A model generated the notes under the pieces. That model did not search any database. It saw only the letters and a program-made list of their open reading frames with translations, and had not been told where the DNA came from. From NCBI GenBank assembly GCA_010093745.1, contig MU005957.1, positions 62,001 through 126,000 on the forward strand: a DNA stretch of 64,000 nucleotides. Reading direction: 5' to 3'. The DNA comes from Piedraia hortae CBS 480.64 (Eukaryota). Below are positions 44,177-56,633 of this stretch, piece by piece. The translations under genes were made by a program, and so were the position numbers. Every line of letters starts with the position of its first letter. Position 1 is the first letter of the stretch.

Positions 44177-45305
44177 ATTCACTGCTGGCACAGCCTGTTG
44201 CCGTCTTACACTATCATGACCAAACTCGCTCGAACACGGCGAGGGTAACTGATGGCAGGCCATGAGGGAATGGACAAGGGCAAGGCCACAATAAAGGTGG
44301 GGCTGTTCGAAGGGGGACGAGGCCAAGGGACCTTATACCATCCTGCACCACAATGCTGGCTTTGATCCGTTGACTGGATCGAAATGCAGGTCAAAGGAAA
44401 GTCGCTCACGGGTACCATTGCCAACTTGCTTGCGGCCGACCCTCAATGGGAAAAATGTGGGTTCGCATGTCGTTTGTCGAGCCGGAACAACGCACACAAT
44501 TGCCTTGCTTCCAGCCTCAACAAATGGTTGTTTTTTCTTGGTCGACAAGACAAAATTCTGCCTGTCTGACATGCGGCTTGCCATGCCATGTAGAGCCTTA
44601 GAGACGGGTACTCCCTTATTTCCCCTTGTCGGCTGCCCGTTGACGTTTTCCCGTACATTGGCTCTCATTGGACTTGTCTCAGAACGGTGCAACCCAGCTT
44701 TGAAGTAGCCATCTTCTCATTCCTTGTTCTCTACATGTTGCTTTTAAGCAACCGCAGGCAGAGCACTATCAAGCAATTCGTCAGTTATTCTTCATTGCGA
44801 GACGACACAATGTGTGAAATAGTAGACCCCTGTCAGGTTCAGAGAGACCCGAGGGAGTGTATTGGCAGGTAAGACAGCATGGCATGAGCCGATCAGGCCC
44901 TGCTTATTCACCGTTTTTCTGGCAACTAGACCAGAGAGTGCCGTTTCTTCCAGAGCAAACAACTTCTGGCAATCAAAAATTCGGCCACAACAGTTCTCAT
45001 CGAGGCTTTAAAACCGTACATCTACGGATTTTATCGGCCAGATTCCATGATGGGTGACTGCGTCATGGCAGCGGCTATCCGCGTCCGGGTAGTGGCTGAG
45101 AAACAAGTTCCCGAAGACGTTTGCAAGAACTCAACAGACTCGGAGAGAGGGTTTTCTCGCTAAAACGACCGTCCTAAAATCTATAGCTGCCAGAATCCCC
45201 CGTGTGCCAAGAAGTGCAGTGTGTAGTTCCGAATCGGGAAGCAGGGAGCTCGGGAAGCTTTCCCGTTCTTGACCAAACTTCCACAACCGCCGCCTCAGCC
45301 AAGAA

Positions 45306-45944
45306 ATGGCCGAACGCAAGGGCGCGTACGGAAAGTCGGGAGCAGGCGACGTCAGTCACCGTAAAACATGGGATGAACAAGAATACATTGCCAAGGCGGC
45401 CGAACAGGACGCCAAGGCCAAGGAAGAAGGCAAAGCGCGATATGAAGCGGCCAAAGCGGGCAAGAAGTACCATGCCAGAGCTGCTACTCCGACAGAAGCA
45501 CACAACACCGAAGCAAGAAAGGCTCGGTTGAACTTTGCCGATCAAATCGGGAAGGCCCAAATAGTTGTCGGTACCGGGCAGGGCAGGCGGGGAAAGAGCG
45601 CGGGTTTCTACTGCGATGCCTGTGATCTAACCTTCAAAGATAACTTGCACTTTGTAGAGCATTTGAACAGTAAGCAGCATCTGTTAGCCACCGGCGAGTC
45701 GGGCCAGGTGAAGCGTGCTACCTTGGAGGAGGTAAAGGAGCGTTTTGAACAACTCAAACGCAAGATAGAGGAGGAACGTAAGCGTGATGCTGTAGACCTC
45801 GGTACTAGAATCGAGAATGCGAGAGAACAAGAGGAGAGGGAAAGGGCAGAGAAGAGGAGGAAGCGGAATGAAAAAAGAAGGAAGACGAAAGATGGCATGG
45901 GTGTTCAGCATGCGACGCTGGAGAACGATGGGGTCATCTGTTAG
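45306..45944 (+). CDS. SNU23: U4/U6.U5 snRNP zinc-finger protein Snu23/ZMAT2
   Basis: RKTWD, GRRGKSAGFYCDACDLTFKDNLHFVEHLNSKQH, RATLEEVKER. Confidence 0.9.
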   Translation: MAERKGAYGKSGAGDVSHRKTWDEQEYIAKAAEQDAKAKEEGKARYEAAKAGKKYHARAATPTEAHNTEARKARLNFADQIGKAQIVVGTGQGRRGKSAGFYCDACDLTFKDNLHFVEHLNSKQHLLATGESGQVKRATLEEVKERFEQLKRKIEEERKRDAVDLGTRIENAREQEERERAEKRRKRNEKRRKTKDGMGVQHATLENDGVIC

Positions 45945-46138
45945 TCTCCAGCAGTTGAGAGCTGTACTGCTGTCATCTCGTGTGGCAGTTCTTCCATGTT
46001 GCAGTTCTTCTACTCTCTTTCGCGCCCACAACGCGTACGGTTCGGCCCGTTCCCGCGGTTACCAATTGTGTACAAATGTCAACAAACATTGAATGCGCCA
46101 GGGAGACGGTTGGTTTGTAGAAACAGAACATTACCAAC

Positions 46139-49100
46139 ATGGACGACTCTGAGGATGAATCTGTGTTTGAATTGAGCGGTGGTAGTGACTTTGAGCTCGC
46201 GCCCAAACCCGTAAGAATCTTCCGTAGGCCCATTCAGGGCATGGCTGATTGATCGTAGAAGGCAAAGGCGCCGGCAAAGAAGGCTGCTGCCAAACCCAAG
46301 GCAACGAAACCAGCTGCATCAAAAGCAACCAAGCAAACTATATCAAAGATGACCAAGACCCAACCCAAGAAGCGTCCAGTACCAGAGACGGAGGAAGAGT
46401 CTGAGATCAATGCCATGAATGATGACTCACTATTGTCCAACAGTCCACCTGCTGTAAAGAGACAGAAAAAGGCACCGGCTGCTAAGGCTACGAAGAAGCC
46501 CGTAGCTGATCTAGACGATGACGATGACTTTGCCGTGGATGGGGCTCCGGATAAGGCAGCCAAGCCCACCAAGAAAGGCACGTCGAGTGACCAGTACCAG
46601 AAGCTGACTCAATTGGAGCACATCTTGAAGCGTCCAGATACGTATATTGGCTCAGTGGAGAAGACTACGGAACAAATGTGGGTTTTCAACTCGGAAACCA
46701 ATCAGATGGAGAACCGCAAAGTCACTTTTGTGCCCGGCTTGTACAAGATTTTTGATGAAATTCTCGTCAACGCGGCAGACAACAAGCAGCGAGACAAGAA
46801 CATGGACGAGATGAAGGTCTGGGTTGACCGCACCAACGGGGTCATTGCCGTCAGAAACAACGGGCGTGGTATCCCCATAGAGGTCCACTCCAAGGAGGGC
46901 ATCTACATTCCCGAGATGATTTTTGGTCATTTGCTTACTTCGTCCAACTACGACGATGATGAAGCCAAGGTGACGGGTGGCCGCAATGGCTACGGTGCCA
47001 AGCTCACAAACATTTACTCCACCTCGTTTACCTTGGAAACCGTAGACTCCAGGAGTAAGCAAAAGTACACTCAGACATGGAAGAACAACATGAGCGATAT
47101 GGGTAAGGCAAAAATCATCTCCTGCAAAGGCGAGAATGATTACACCAAAATCACATTCTCGCCCGACTTCAAAAAGTTTGGCATGAATGAGATGGACGAC
47201 GACTTCGAGGCCTTAGTGAAGCGCCGGGTCTACGATATGGCTGGGACGTGCAAAGGCGTCAAGGTATTCCTAAATGGAGAACGCATCAAGATCCGCAACT
47301 TCAAAACATACATGGAAATGTACACAAAGGCCATCAGAACCGAGAATTTGGAAAACGACGGCAAGGCGCCGGAACAAGTCATTCTTACTGACAACCCTCA
47401 TGAGCGGTGGGAGATTGGCTTCGCCGTATCTGATGGCTCGTTCCAGCAGGTCTCTTTCGTCAACTCCATCGCTACCACACATGGCGGCTCCCACGTCAAC
47501 TTCATTGCTGACCAGATTTGCGAGAAGCTGGAGGAGATTGTCAACAAGAAGAACAAGGGCGGAGTCAAGTTGAAGAAGGCTCAGGTCCGGAACCACATCT
47601 TCCTTTTTGTGAACTGTCTCATCGTCAACCCGGCATTCACTTCCCAGACCAAGGAGCAGCTCACGACCAAACCCAGTGCGTTTGGCAGCAAGCCTCAGGT
47701 CAGCGAGAAGTTCCTCAAGGACATTGCCAAGACCGAGGCAGTCACCAACATTCTTCATTTCGCCCAGCAAAAGGCGGACAAAGTGTTGGCCAAGTCGGAT
47801 GGCAATCGCAGACAGCGTATGAACAACAGCAAGCTGACTGATGCCAACAAGGCTGGCACCAAGGACGGCTACAAATGCACGCTGATCCTCACCGAAGGTG
47901 ACTCGGCCTCGGGCCTGGCCCTGGCTGGCCGTGCCGTAGTAGATCCTGATTTGTTTGGTGTGTTCCCGCTGCGTGGTAAGATGCTGAACGTACGTGATGC
48001 TTCCATCGACCAGATTAGCAAGAACCAGGAGATTCAGAACATCAAAAAGTTCATTGGACTTCAGCACAAGAAGGAATACACTGACACCAAGTCTCTGCGT
48101 TATGGTCATATAATGATCATGACGGATCAGGATCACGACGGCTCCCACATCAAGGGCCTATTGATCAACTTTTTGCAGGTTCAGTTCCCGTCCTTGCTGA
48201 GGATTCCTGGCTTCTTGCTTGAGTTCATTACTCCCATTGTCAAAGTGTGGAAGGGGCACCAGAAAAACCCAAAAGCCCAGCGTGACTTCTTTACAATGCC
48301 AGAGTACGAGGCGTGGAAGGCTGAACCAGGACATCAAAAAGGGTGGGAGCACAAGTATTTCAAAGGGTTGGGAACTTCAGACACAAAGGACGCTCGTGTC
48401 TACTTTGCCGACCTTGACAGACATCTCAAGCGGTTCCACCGCATCCAAGATGGAGAGCCGGAGCTGCTCGAGCTGGCGTTTAGCAAGAAGAAGGCAGATG
48501 CCCGTAAGCAATGGCTTGCAGACTTTGTGCCCGGCACATATCTGGATATGTCTGCTGCTGGGGACATAACGTACAACGACTTCATCAACAAGGAGCTCAT
48601 CCTCTTCTCCATGGCCGACAACCAGCGGTCTATCCCGTCTGTGCTCGATGGGCTCAAGCCGGGACAGCGAAAAGTTCTATACACGGCGTTTCGTCGCAAT
48701 CTCCGCAAGGATGTCAAGGTTGTGGACCTAGCCGGTTCGGTGCTGGGTATGACGGCCTACGCCTATGGCGACACGTCGATGCAGCAAACTATCATTGGCC
48801 TGGCACAGAATTTTGTTGGCAGCAATAACATGAACTATCTTGAACCGTCGGGCAATTTTGGCTCGCGGCTGCAGGGTGGACAGGATGCGGCCAGTCCTCG
48901 TTACATCTACACGAGGCTTTCCCCTTTTGCTCGCAAAATCTTCCACTCGTCTGACGAGCCGCTCCTTACTTACAATACGGATGATGGCAAGACGATCGAG
49001 CCCGAGGTATACGTCCCCATTGTACCAATGATCCTCATCAACGGTGCCGATGGCATTGGTACTGGGTGGAGCACGCAGATCCCCAACTACAAGCCGGAGG

Positions 49101-51229
49101 ACGTCATTGAGAACTTGAAGCGGCGTATGGACGGTGATGATAAGGATTCAATGGTGCCCATGACGCCCTGGTTCCGTGGCTGGACGGGTCGGACAGAGCA
49201 GACCAAGGAAACGCAGTTTACCTTCCATGGTACCGTGACAATCACGGGCGAGAACCAGGTGGAGATCACTGAACTGCCTGTCCGCACGTGGACGCAGGAC
49301 TTTAAAGACAAGCTCGAGGATATAATCAAAGCCGAAAAGGCTCCTTCATTCATCAAAGACTACACCGAGTACAACACGCCTGAGCGAGTGCACTTTGTGG
49401 TCAAGATTGAGGAAAAGTACATGTCAGACAGTGAGGATAAGATCATGGAGCTCTTCAAGCTTTCCAGGCCAATGGCAACGTCGAATCTCGTTGCATTTGA
49501 TGCACAGGGACGCATCCACAAGTACGCCACACCGCTGGATATTCTGGAGGAGTTTTACCAGACGCGATTGGTATTGTACCAGAGACGACGCCGGCACATG
49601 TTGGACGTCCTGGAGAACGAACTAGCCAAGTTCACCAACCAGGCCCGATTCATCCTCATGATTATTGACAACAAGCTCGTGGTGAGCAAGAAGAAGAAGG
49701 ACGTCTTAGTGGCCGAGCTTGACCGGCTCAACTTCAAACGCTTCCCTAAAGTTGCGGATGCGAGGAAGAACGGCGAGCTGGAGGAAATTCTCGACGAGGA
49801 TAAAAATGAAGAAGACGTCGAGGAAGCTGAAAGTAATGCAGCTGCAAACGACTTTGACTACTTGCTTGGCATGGCCATCTGGTCGCTCACGCAGGAGCGG
49901 GTGGAGAAGCTGAAGAAGCAGATCAGCGACAAAGAGGAGGAAATCGATATTCTGCAGAAGAAGTCGCCCAAGGACTTGTGGAAGGAGGATCTCGATGGAC
50001 TGCAGGCGGAGTGGCACGCACAGCTTGAGGAGGAAGCTAAGTTGGAGAAGCAGTCGCGTTCAAAGGGACGTCGTGCATCCATGAAACTGGGAATTGGTGC
50101 CAAGAGCCGGAAGAAGGTCAAGGCTGAAAGCGATGATTCAGACGACGATTACATGACAAAGAAGAAGAAAGCGGCACCGGCAAAGCCTAGGGGTGCGGCC
50201 GGTTTGATCGCCAAACTTGATGGCTCCGGCGTCAGACCTGCTGTCAATGCGGTCGAGCAGAAGCCTGTCGTCAAACCAGCGGACGAACAGAAGACGCTGG
50301 ATACCATGTTTGCCAAGTCTGCGGTTGCCAAGCCTACCGCTGACAAGAAGCCGGAGCCCAGGAAGAGGAAGCCAGCCCCGAAACGTGTGGTAGATGATGA
50401 CGATGACGACGACATCATCTCTATTGCATCCAAGGAGGCCCCAGCAAAGAAGCCGGCACCCAGAGCTGCACGGGCAACGGTTCAAAAAACAAAGTCTTAT
50501 GTCGACTTTGATTCTGACGAAGAGGCGTCTGACGATGGCAACGACATGCTCGAGGACGTTGGAGATCTGGTCAAAGGCATTGGCAAGACGGGAGGCGATG
50601 GCCCAAGTAGGCTTTTCCACACAACGTCTGCCCAAAGCAGCCCTCGGAAACCTTCAGTGGCAGCCGCGGGTAAGAAGCCCATCACAGCCGACTCTGACAT
50701 ATCTGAAGACGAGACGGACTGGGCTGGACTTGCACAAAATTCGCCAAAAAAGGCTACTCGTCATGTCGTAAACCTCAGTGACGAGGACGACGAGCTTTTG
50801 GCGACGGAGATAATGCCTACGCCGAAGAAGGTCAAACCTGCTCCAGCAAAGGCCAAGGCTCCAGCGGTTGCTCTGAAGCCAAAGAAGGCGCCGGCGCCGG
50901 CTCCTGTTAAGCAGTCCCCAGCCGCGAAAGCGTATGCCAAGAAGCTAGCTACGACTACCACTACTCAAGCCAAAGGAGGGGCATCAAAGGCTACCGGGAG
51001 GGGGAAGAAGGTTCTCGTCTCTGACGATGAAGACGAAGAAGACGAGGTTGAAGCTCTTGCCAATGATCTGCTGAGCGATGACGAAGATAGTCCACCCAAG
51101 AAGACTGCGGCCAGGCCAGCTCGTAGGGCAGCTGCCGCCAAGAAGTCGGTCTACGCGGTGGATGACAGCGTGGAGATTAGTGATGATAGCGAGGTGAGCG
51201 AGGACGATTTTGAGGACGATGATGAGTAG
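46139..51229 (+). CDS. TOP2: DNA topoisomerase II; join 46139-46210, 46259-51229
   Basis: YQKLTQLEHILKRPDTYIGS, GGRNGYGAKL, TEGDSA, PLRGK, DQDHDGSH, catalytic PRYIYT; 48-nt intron near the 5' end. Confidence 0.98.
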
Positions 51230-51523
51230 CGAGACAGTGTCCTTGGCGTTTAGGCGGAGAGGCAATACTGTTTGTTCACATTCTGACGGCCACGTTCTGT
51301 TTCCACATTCTAGCTGGCTGTCAAAATTGTGGTGCGTGTCAAATTATGACAAACGTGACTGACGTGGTTGGACGGGTGTGATTGGCCAACGCGGTTAGCG
51401 TGTTTGGACGCCACAGGGGAGCTTTCAGCTGCAGGGATTCTCCACAGGCCCCGGCGGCGGATTTGTGATTGATTGGGGACCGCGTGCGCTAATGCAAGGG
51501 GGACGCCCGTCTCTTTGCAAACA

Positions 51524-54500
51524 ATGACGGCCATGTGCCATGTTCTGCCATCTTCTGGCAAGAGCAGCACCATGGAAGAGCGGATGGAATGGACCACGCT
51601 TGGTGCCGACGACGTCATAAGCGCGGGGCGGACAGAGCTGGCCGAGCGGGCGGAGCGGACGGAGCTGCTCCCCTCATCGTCGTCGCAGATGACACCGAGA
51701 GTGACGACGCCCGGACCGTCGCAGCAAAATCTGAACGGCTCGCCCTACGCCGCGCCGTCCAACTTTTCCGACTCAGACACGGCCACGGTCGGCTTTGGGT
51801 GCAGGGACTCGATGCTATCGATGGCCCTCTCCGACACCAGCCTCGATTACGATCACCTCTCTACTGCGCAGGTCGCCGACGCCCTTGCTTCTCCCCGCGA
51901 ACGGGAGAGCACGGAATTGCGCAAGGTCAACTCGCTGGAGATTGTACAAAACATGTGGCCGGCGCGGCCAACGATTGCGCGCCAGAGCACCTTTTTCGAC
52001 GTTAGCAAAGACCAGCCTGAGACTCCAGTCGAGTCAGGACCTGTCGTGGCCATTCCCGGCCGCTCTAGCAGTCTGGCTGATACCGCAAACCGTGGTTCTG
52101 CCTCGTCGGACGATGAGCTTCAAGTAGACTGGCAGCAGCTGGATAAGGACGAGGAGTTGGAACGGGAGGAGCTACAGCAGACGGAAGATGAAAGCACAGC
52201 GTTCTTACTGGCGCGGTTGGAGCAGGAGAATGCCAAAATCTCAGCCTTTTCTAATGGCCGGTCACTGAACCGCGTACGCAGCGAGAGTCGGCCGCCCAGC
52301 ATGGGCCAGTTGAAGAAACTCGTCCAGGGCTCGGCCGGCCCGCGCGGGAGCCTTGTGTCGCCTGTTGACGTATCGCCCATCCCAGAGCTGCCGCCGATGA
52401 CGGAGCTGGAGTTCTGGGCGGCACTGGTACAGGACTATCCGTCGACGGCGTCGCGTCTGCCGACACTCACCACCACTAAGATCCGTGCCGGCATTCCGCC
52501 GCCGCTGCGAGGCGTCGTGTGGACGTCAATGGCCGGTGCACGGGACGCCAACCTGGAGGCTGCCTACGAACGTTTGCTGGGCGAGAAGAGCTCATATGAG
52601 GGCATCATCAACAAGGACGTCGGGCGCTCGTTTCCGGGTGTAGAGCTGTTCCGCGACGCTGACGGTGAAGGGCAGAAGATGCTCGGCCGCGTACTCAAAT
52701 GTTTTAGTCTACATGACAAGGACATTGGGTATTGCCAGGGCCTGGGCTTCCTGGTTGGGCCTCTACTGATGAACATGGCCGAACGAGATGCCTTTTGCGT
52801 TCTCGTGCGGCTCATGGATCATTACCACCTCCGTCACTCGTTTTTGCCTAGCCTAAGCGGTCTCCATATGCGCATCTACCAGTTCAGCAGCCTCCTGAAG
52901 CGACATCAGCCGGAGCTGGCTGATCATCTGCAGCAAATGGGCGTTGAGCCAGCGTACCTGAGCCAGTGGTTTCTGTCCTGCTTCGCCGTTACTTGCCCGC
53001 TACCGCTGCTGTTCCGCATCTACGATGTTATCTTTGCAGAGGGCGCCAACGAGACAGTCATGCGTGTTGCATTGTCTCTGATGCGCAGGAATGAGCAGAG
53101 GATGCTGGCGGCCACCGAGTTCGAAGAGGTCATGCAGCTCCTCCTGGGCAGGGCAATGTGGGACAGCTACGGCTGCGATCCAGACGAACTCGTCGATGAC
53201 TTTACCAGCCTTGGCGGCATCATCACCCATGCCCGGCTGTTGGAGCTTGAGAAAGAGTTTGAGTCACAGTCGACAGACTCGGTCAAGGTCGGCTTCCTGC
53301 CGGATGTCCAGGCGGCTGCCAGTAGATTCTTGGGACGCCTATGGGCTCCGACTCATACGCCGTCCAAGAGCACGGCGACTTTGAACCCACATACAGACAG
53401 AGAGGCACACCCCCGCTCTCGCCCCGTCAGCATGTTGCAGCGGAGTGGCAGCAAACAAAGTCTGTCTACGTTGGACGAAAGCCTGACGTCCACGGGCAGC
53501 GGCTCCGTCAGCTTTGCGAGTACTGCTGCAACGGAGATTGAGGGTCACGACCTCCGCTTCAGCACGGCAGACACAATGAGCATGAAGTCGTCTCGGGGAC
53601 CAGGCAACAGAACGGTTTCAGTGTCAACCGGGCACAATGTTATGCCGGCCATAAGCAAAGAAGAGAAGCAAATGCACGGCCAGATTGAGGACTTGTTGAC
53701 TGCCTTGTCTGAACTACAACGGGAACACCAGCAACTGGCCGCAATGCTGCAACAAGAGCGGGAGGAGCGTGGGGATGATCACCGCATCATCCGACAACTT
53801 GTCCAGAGCATCCAGGGCAAAGATGACATTGAGATCAAAGACCGACGCAAGACGCTTCCACCTCCTGCACATAGCGACAGCGTAGGGGAAGACGGTAAAA
53901 GTCCACGGCCGCGAAGTGTCCTCCTTCATCCCGTCTCGGGCACCAAAGCAGATCATCTCAACGAATTGATATCAAGCGTGCAGGCGCGTCTGGAGCGAAC
54001 GAAGCGCAACAGCGGGTCAGGCTTCCTCGAAACAAAAGCCTCATTGCGAAGCAGCCTCATCCGCACCCGCGAACAGCTCTCCGAATCGGAAGCCAACTGC
54101 AAAGGCCTCGCTGGCCGTCTTAAAGAGAGCGAGGAGCGACTAGCGGCGTTTATCAATGACAACGAAGACCTGCGGTCGGAGGTTAAGGAGCTCCGGCAGC
54201 GCGTCAACGACGAGTTCAAGGCACGGCAGAAGCTCGAGCGCTCTTTACAAGACCTCCAACAGGAAGCGCGAAGCTTCGAACGCAAAGCCCGTTCCCACAG
54301 GGACGCCTCACGGGACAGCAGCTCCTCCACCTCCACCTCCCGCGGCCGCAAGGTCGTTGCCGAGGACCGCAATCGAACCGGCCTACGGGAATTCCGTCTC
54401 GGTAGAAGGGACTCCACCGCAAGCATGCGTTCAGAACGCAGTTTCCGCTTTCCACCCCCACCGCCTCTAACCCGTTCGCGAACAAGTCCCCTCCACCTGA

Positions 54501-55159
54501 TCGGCCTCAAAGAAGAAGACAATCCCAAAAACCACGACGAAATCCCCACCCCTACAAGCTCAATCTCCGAGGGACAACCCGTTGGGCAAAGTCCGACAGC
54601 TACATCCCCCTCATCACCCAAGCATCCCCCACAAACTAATCCCCCTTCGGGCGCAAACCTCGTCCCGCCGAGTAATCCCATCTGGCACGCTCGAACGAGC
54701 AGTCTTGCTACGAAGGAGGTTCTCTCAACCCCGCAGCACGAAGTTATGCATGAAGAGGCGCTGTTATTGGAACTGGTTAATGCAAAAACGGCAGAAGCAC
54801 AGGCGAGACAGGAAGTTGATGAGCTCCGTCGCGCGCTGAGTCAGGCGACGAAGAAAGTGGAGGCTTTGCAGAAGGAGGGAGGGTTGGCGGGGTATGCTCT
54901 CGCTAGGTCAACAGGGTCGAGTGCTTCGCTTGGGAATTTGGTGGGGAGTGGATCCGCTAACGCTTCGGGTAGTGGCTCAGCGGCCGCCTCATTGGAGGAT
55001 CTTACTACTGAAGAAGAGAAGAGGGAGAAGGAGAGGAAGAAGGATAAAGGACGAAGTGCGAGTACGGCTACGAACGGTGGTGGTGGTGGTGGTGGTGGTG
55101 GTGGTGGTGGTGGAGGGGGATGGTTTTGGAGTCGAAAGATGGCTGGGAAGGAAGGATAG
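51524..55159 (+). CDS. TBC-domain Rab GTPase-activating protein (Gyp5/Evi5-like) with coiled coils; start uncertain
   Basis: GIPPPLRGVVW, INKDVGRSFP, GYCQGLGF, YLSQWFLSCF; C-terminal ELVNAKTAEA coiled coil. Confidence 0.88.
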   Translation: MTAMCHVLPSSGKSSTMEERMEWTTLGADDVISAGRTELAERAERTELLPSSSSQMTPRVTTPGPSQQNLNGSPYAAPSNFSDSDTATVGFGCRDSMLSMALSDTSLDYDHLSTAQVADALASPRERESTELRKVNSLEIVQNMWPARPTIARQSTFFDVSKDQPETPVESGPVVAIPGRSSSLADTANRGSASSDDELQVDWQQLDKDEELEREELQQTEDESTAFLLARLEQENAKISAFSNGRSLNRVRSESRPPSMGQLKKLVQGSAGPRGSLVSPVDVSPIPELPPMTELEFWAALVQDYPSTASRLPTLTTTKIRAGIPPPLRGVVWTSMAGARDANLEAAYERLLGEKSSYEGIINKDVGRSFPGVELFRDADGEGQKMLGRVLKCFSLHDKDIGYCQGLGFLVGPLLMNMAERDAFCVLVRLMDHYHLRHSFLPSLSGLHMRIYQFSSLLKRHQPELADHLQQMGVEPAYLSQWFLSCFAVTCPLPLLFRIYDVIFAEGANETVMRVALSLMRRNEQRMLAATEFEEVMQLLLGRAMWDSYGCDPDELVDDFTSLGGIITHARLLELEKEFESQSTDSVKVGFLPDVQAAASRFLGRLWAPTHTPSKSTATLNPHTDREAHPRSRPVSMLQRSGSKQSLSTLDESLTSTGSGSVSFASTAATEIEGHDLRFSTADTMSMKSSRGPGNRTVSVSTGHNVMPAISKEEKQMHGQIEDLLTALSELQREHQQLAAMLQQEREERGDDHRIIRQLVQSIQGKDDIEIKDRRKTLPPPAHSDSVGEDGKSPRPRSVLLHPVSGTKADHLNELISSVQARLERTKRNSGSGFLETKASLRSSLIRTREQLSESEANCKGLAGRLKESEERLAAFINDNEDLRSEVKELRQRVNDEFKARQKLERSLQDLQQEARSFERKARSHRDASRDSSSSTSTSRGRKVVAEDRNRTGLREFRLGRRDSTASMRSERSFRFPPPPPLTRSRTSPLHLIGLKEEDNPKNHDEIPTPTSSISEGQPVGQSPTATSPSSPKHPPQTNPPSGANLVPPSNPIWHARTSSLATKEVLSTPQHEVMHEEALLLELVNAKTAEAQARQEVDELRRALSQATKKVEALQKEGGLAGYALARSTGSSASLGNLVGSGSANASGSGSAAASLEDLTTEEEKREKERKKDKGRSASTATNGGGGGGGGGGGGGGGWFWSRKMAGKEG
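55076..55111 (+). repeat. (GGT)n microsatellite encoding a poly-Gly tail in the Rab-GAP
   Basis: ggtggtggt run of about 12 units. Confidence 0.9.
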
Positions 55160-55428
55160 ACTGATTTTCTTACTGTAGAGTGAGTGGATGGTTTATATGT
55201 TCTCGTTCGTGTTGATATTGTCTTCTTGATGGTGGGCTAGTCCCGTATTGTATGTCCTCTGGGGATGCTACTTTACATAAGATTTGCCTGAATCTAGGTA
55301 TGCCTCCATTTATTGATGAAAACGACATGACTATGTACATATTAACGCGTACTGTCCTCTCCATGGTATCCCCACTCATCAGACATCCCCATCACCAAAA
55401 AGCACAGCAAAACACCAAAACACCCAAT

Positions 55429-55452
55429 CCCCCCCCCCCCCCCCCCCCCCCC
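55429..55452. repeat. C24 homopolymer between convergent genes
   Basis: Uninterrupted C run. Confidence 0.9.
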
Positions 55453-55475
55453 AATATCCATCCAATCCACCCTAC

Positions 55476-56633
55476 CTAGTTCTCAACACATTTACTCTCC
55501 GCCTTAACCCACCCCGTCAATCTATTCGCCACATCCGAAACATAACACGCCGTGGCCCCCGCCTTTTCCGAGAGATTCCCACTCTGCGGAATATACCCCG
55601 AATTATAGTACCTCGCGGCGGAGTATACATTCCCGAAATAATCCAATCCATTGACCAAGCCCTGCCCGTGCTCCGTCCCCTGGACCCCATCCTGCACCAT
55701 CTGCAAAATCGACATCCTCTCATGTTGAGCGTTGAACTCGTGTCCGGAATGACTCTGCATCAACCCTGGGTTCTTTACCCCGGATTGGGACGTCGTAGCA
55801 TCGATATGCACGCACCCATGCGATTCCTGGAGGATGATCGCTAGGATGAAGCGGTGGTCGACGAGAGATGCCTTGGCCCGATCCTGAATTGCTGCGCGAA
55901 TATTGGCGTTTATAGAGGCAGTGTTGTCCTTTTTGTAGCCAAGGTATTTGCACGAGTTGGCTATGGTGTCGTAGTTGGAATCCCACATCGAGTTGAACGA
56001 GACCCATTTACTGCTTGGGGGGAACTGGGATGCATCGCCGGAGTAGTAGGTATATGTGTCGCTGCCGGCGCCGATGCCGTCGTTGACGTCCTCTGGGTCG
56101 CGATGCGTGGCTGCACCGCTGGTGAACGCTGTTGCGTTGGTGACTGAAGCGGTGGAGGGGACGTATTTGAAGGATTTGGATTTGGACTTTGTCAAGCCGA
56201 CGCCGAGACCGACGGCAAGGCCGATGAGCAAGAGAAGGAGGAGGAGGAAGAGGCAGAGCCAGAGTTTTTTGCGGTTGGAACTGCTACGCGGGGGGCGGTC
56301 CTCGCTGTAGCGCCTGTCGTAGGGTTTGGGCTCGGCCATGCGTTGCTGCTGGTGATGGCTGCTTGTTGGGCGACTGTGGTGGTTGGCGTAGCTCCGGTTG
56401 GGAGGGGGACGGGCGCCGCGTGTGGAACCGTATGAAGCGCGTCGGTCCTGGCTGTGCGATGTACGACCCTCGTATTGTGTATACGATGGAGCTGCTGCAT
56501 AGGGACGTGCAGGCGACTGGACTGGTGCGTTGTGGACGCTCGCGTTGCCGTAAGAGTCATTGCCGTGGTAGGTAAAGGCGCCCGGGTAGGGGGGCTCGAT
56601 GTGCTGGCTGTAATAACGCTCAGACCTGGGCAT
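55476..56633 (-). CDS. Type II membrane protein with a C-terminal lysozyme-like (SLT/GH23-type) domain
   Basis: TM LWLCLFLLLLLLLIGLAVGLGVGL; VDHRFILAIILQES (catalytic Glu), NPGLMQ, AARYYNSG. Confidence 0.8.
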   Translation of the reverse strand: MPRSERYYSQHIEPPYPGAFTYHGNDSYGNASVHNAPVQSPARPYAAAPSYTQYEGRTSHSQDRRASYGSTRGARPPPNRSYANHHSRPTSSHHQQQRMAEPKPYDRRYSEDRPPRSSSNRKKLWLCLFLLLLLLLIGLAVGLGVGLTKSKSKSFKYVPSTASVTNATAFTSGAATHRDPEDVNDGIGAGSDTYTYYSGDASQFPPSSKWVSFNSMWDSNYDTIANSCKYLGYKKDNTASINANIRAAIQDRAKASLVDHRFILAIILQESHGCVHIDATTSQSGVKNPGLMQSHSGHEFNAQHERMSILQMVQDGVQGTEHGQGLVNGLDYFGNVYSAARYYNSGYIPQSGNLSEKAGATACYVSDVANRLTGWVKAESKCVEN

